Source of the DNA: Octopus bimaculoides | Lineage: Eukaryota | Assembly: GCF_001194135.2 (NCBI RefSeq) | Contig: NC_068992.1 | Coordinates: forward strand, 3,360,820 to 3,399,442 | Length of the DNA stretch: 38,623 nt | Direction: 5' to 3' | Shown here: piece after piece, positions 35,371 through 38,623 of the stretch | How positions within the stretch are numbered: the stretch's first letter is position 1 | Layout: each line of letters begins with the position of its first letter | Notes under the pieces: generated by a model | What the model saw: only the letters and a program-made list of their open reading frames with translations | What the model was told of the DNA's origin: nothing | The model's database searches: none | Made by a program: the position numbers and the translations under genes

Positions 35371-36076
35371 NNNNNNNNNNNNNNNNNNNNNNNNNNNNNN
35401 NNNNNNNNNNNNNNNNNNNNNNNNNNNNNNNNNNNNNNNNNNNNNNNNNNNNNNNNNNNNNNNNNNNNNNNNNNNNNNNNNNNNNNNNNNNNNNNNNNNN
35501 NNNNNNNNNNNNNNNNNNNNNNNNNNNNNNNNNNNNNNNNNNNNNNNNNNNNNNNNNNNNNNNNNNNNNNNNNNNNNNNNNNNNNNNNNNNNNNNNNNNN
35601 NNNNNNNNNNNNNNNNNNNNNNNNNNNNNNNNNNNNNNNNNNNNNNNNNNNNNNNNNNNNNNNNNNNNNNNNNNNNNNNNNNNNNNNNNNNNNNNNNNNN
35701 NNNNNNNNNNNNNNNNNNNNNNNNNNNNNNNNNNNNNNNNNNNNNNNNNNNNNNNNNNNNNNNNNNNNNNNNNNNNNNNNNNNNNNNNNNNNNNNNNNNN
35801 NNNNNNNNNNNNNNNNNNNNNNNNNNNNNNNNNNNNNNNNNNNNNNNNNNNNNNNNNNNNNNNNNNNNNNNNNNNNNNNNNNNNNNNNNNNNNNNNNNNN
35901 NNNNNNNNNNNNNNNNNNNNNNNNNNNNNNNNNNNNNNNNNNNNNNNNNNNNNNNNNNNNNNNNNNNNNNNNNNNNNNNNNNNNNNNNNNNNNNNNNNNN
36001 NNNNNNNNNNNNNNNNNNNNNNNNNNNNNNNNNNNNNNNNNNNNNNNNNNNNNNNNNNNNNNNNNNNNNNNNNNNN
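35371..36076. other. Assembly gap that probably hides the C3orf38 exon 3 acceptor and the LINE 5' end
   Basis: Run of N. The other gaps are 7288-7297, 20269-20368, 26314-26323, 28245-28872, 29719-30680 and 34299-34423. Confidence 0.97.
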
Positions 36077-36366
36077 AAGCAAAAAACGAAGAAAAGATAG
36101 AGGGTGCTGACCTGGTAGCATGTAGACTGAAAAGATTAGTAAGTGAAGAGAACTTGTATTTCAATGCCAACGTAACTGGTGGTGTGATGAGTCAAGCTGA
36201 GAGTACTGGTATTGTGTGTGTATTGGTTCATGGGACAGTTCACAAAGGTGATCAGTGTTTGGGAGTTTTCGAACAGAAATTTGCTTTGCTCAGGGATCCT
36301 TCATCAGAAAACAACTGGAAAATTACTCGTGTTTCGCTAAAAATTTGTGCCAAACTGTACTATTAG
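36077..36366 (+). CDS. C3orf38: C3orf38 homologue last exon, 5' end hidden in the assembly gap (...EGADLVACRLKRLVSEENLYFNANV...VHGTVHKGDQCLGVFEQKFALLRDPSSENNWKITRVSLKI...*)
   Basis: The frame is open from the gap edge (codons from 36079) to TAG at 36364-36366. Strong resemblance to C3orf38 GAEIVSLRL...[38 protein letters not shown]. The middle of the protein is presumably in gap 35371-36076. Confidence 0.88.
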
Positions 36367-36905
36367 AAACTTAAGTTTTTGAAATTCTTCTGGACATGTA
36401 AAAAAAAAAAAACAAAGAAACAAAAACCATTTTGTTCATGACTAAAATTGATGCAAGGAAATTATTCCAAATTAAAACTATCCATTGAGACTGTTGCCAG
36501 ATAAGCAGCTTCTTATAAATGCTCCATTGAACATCAAATTAAATGTTTTCTACTTTTCACATGTTTTTCTATTTCATCATCATCATCATCATCATTTTAG
36601 CATTTACTTTTCCATGGTTGGATGGGTCACATGGAATTTGTTGAAGCAGACTTTTCTATTGCCAGATACCCTTCCTGTCACTCACACTCACTCACCTGTT
36701 TCCTCGTGTCCAGATATATTTTCACTTCTGTTTTGGCATGGTTTTTACAACTGGCTGTCCATGTGTCTGTCCCTCTCAACATGTAACATAAAGTCGACTC
36801 TTTCTTTACCACAGTTCCACTCAATCAAAGGGACTTTTTCCTTGAAAAAAAACAAAAAAAAAATAAAAAAGCAAGTATCCTGTACCCTCTGTAGGGTTGG
36901 AAAGA

Positions 36906-37536
36906 ATATCTGGGACTAATGCAGTTTCGAACCTCTCCTTGAAAAACGCATTTTTTTGAAAAGTTTTTACAGATTCCTATAGTTTAGATGTCGGAGATTA
37001 TGAATATGGACCCCCCCCCAAAAAAAAATTTGGAACTTTTTCGAAATTTTTTTCCGCTGTGTTTTAGATGACGGAGATTCCAGATATGCAAGAAACCATG
37101 TTTTCGAAATTTTAAATTCAATAAGCATATAGATATGTGTATAAAGAGATAAACATGAATGCCTTCCTGGGGCTATAAACAACAGTAACATCATCTTCTA
37201 TTGGAGTTGACAACGCACCTCATCTTGAAAAATGCATTTTTTTGAAAAAAATTTTCAGATTGTTAGGTTTTAGATGTTGGAGATTACAAACGAATATGCA
37301 AAAAAAGAAATTAAAAAAAATTAACCCCCCCCCCCCAATTAAAATTTTTGATCTTGTTTACTTTAAAGAGATCATAGCGAATTGACTAACATGCAAATCG
37401 AAATTAAATCCAGACAAAATTTTTTTTTTGCATATTTTTAATCTTTGACATCTAAAATGTAGGAATCTGAAAAATTTTTTTTCAAAAAAAACGCGTTTTT
37501 CAAGGAGAGGTGCAAAACTGCATTAGCCCCAAATAT
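36906..37536. mobile_element. Non-autonomous element with long (about 95 bp) terminal inverted repeats
   Basis: GGGACTAATGCAGTTTCGAACCTCTCCTTGAAAAACGC...AGATG at the left end is mirrored by the reverse complement of about 37445-37530. A third, direct copy of the arm lies at about 37217-37290. No clear TSD, so the superfamily is unassigned. Confidence 0.7.
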
Positions 37537-38271
37537 CCAGCCACAGAAACGATGCCAAAGCAGGCATTGGAGAGTGTGATGCAGTCCACCAGTTCATTTG
37601 GATCCTGTCAAACTGTTTCAACCCATCTTACGTAGAAGACAAATATTAAATGGTTATGATGATGATGATGACAATGATTCACCACACATACGCACACACA
37701 TAATGGGCTTCATACAGTTTTTGTCTTCCAGATTGACTTAAATTACATTGGTAAATGCTGGAATACTGTTGGACACACTTGCTTAAAGTACTGTGCAGTG
37801 GAACTGAACCTGAGACCATCTGGTTGAGAAGTTAATTTCTTTATAGCGTCGCCATGTTTAAACACTGAGAATCGGTGAATCCAAGCAAGATTGTTGATGG
37901 AACTAACTTTTTCTGATAGAGTCATATTCTTTTATGCTTCCGTTTGTTTCAGTCTTTGGATTTTGGTCATGGTGCTACAGCTCCAGTACTGGTTTCAAAT
38001 CTCATAAATATTACATCACTTTCTTTTTTTGCCAAACTGCTAACTTATGGAAATGTAAAGAAACTCACACTGGTTGAGTCAAACATATACATACATCTAC
38101 CATTATATGCGGCCATCGTCGTCGTCGTCGTCATCATCATCATCATCATTGCATGGATCAGACGGAATTTATTGAGGCAGATTTTCCAAGTCGGATGCTG
38201 TTCTTGTCATCAACCTTCATTTGTTTCCAAGCAAGGTAATATTCCCTGACGGCTTGATATGTTTTTATGGA

Positions 38272-38400
38272 AGCTGTGTGGTAAAAAGCTTGCTTCCAAA
38301 CCACATGGTTCCGGGGTCAGTCCCACTGCGTGGCACCTTGGGCAAGTATCTTCTACTATAGCTGTGAGTGGATTTGGTAGACGAAAACTGAAAAAAGCCC
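38272..38400 (+). mobile_element. tRNA-derived SINE 5' part
   Basis: GCTGTGTGGTAAAAAGCTTGC...GGGGTCAGTCCCACTGCGTGGCACCTTGGGCAAGT. Weaker relatives lie at about 6225-6350 (+) and 37700-37850 (-). Confidence 0.8.
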
Positions 38401-38415
38401 ATCGTATACATATGT

Positions 38416-38623
38416 ATCATCATCATCATCATCGTTTAACGTCCGCTTTCCATGCTAGCATGGGTTGGACGATTTGACTGAGGACTGGTGAAACCGGATG
38501 GCAACACCAGGCTCCAGTCTGATTTGGCAGAGTTTCTACAGCTGGATGCCCTTCCTAACGCCAACCACTCAGAGAGTGTAGTGGGTGCTTTTACGTGTCA
38601 CCCGCACGAAAACGGCCACGCTC
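38416..38623 (-). repeat. GAT-tailed repeat, close to consensus, runs off the window
   Basis: Highly similar to 741-975, with most CpGs retained. Confidence 0.88.

Overview
AT-rich animal genomic DNA with seven assembly gaps. The repeat families (GAT-tailed RTE 3' ends, tRNA-headed SINEs, ATT/TA microsatellites) look like Octopus, which is an inference from recognising the repeats. Two spliced genes sit head-to-head. (1) Minus strand: a ZFR-family (Zn72D/ILF3-related) DZF-domain gene. I traced 11 exons with GT-AG boundaries and consistent phases from 17441 to the stop at 3397, plus a probable first coding exon at 25949-25860. The predicted protein is about 427 aa, has a DZF domain between basic tails, and has no zinc fingers or dsRBMs anywhere in the window. 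(2) Plus strand: a C3orf38 homologue (exons 29336-29459 and 31481-31704; the last exon emerges from a gap at 36077 and ends at 36366). Introns and intergenic DNA are filled with decayed mobile elements: RTE, RTE-X, CR1-type and R4-type LINE fragments, an internally deleted Tc1/mariner element with intact TIRs and TA TSD, TTAA-flanked piggyBac-type MITEs, a long-TIR element and SINEs. The best leads are the apparently zinc-finger-less ZFR product and two copies of a palindromic, tRNA-headed element carrying a degenerate type I hammerhead ribozyme. All analysis was by eye. No database search was run.
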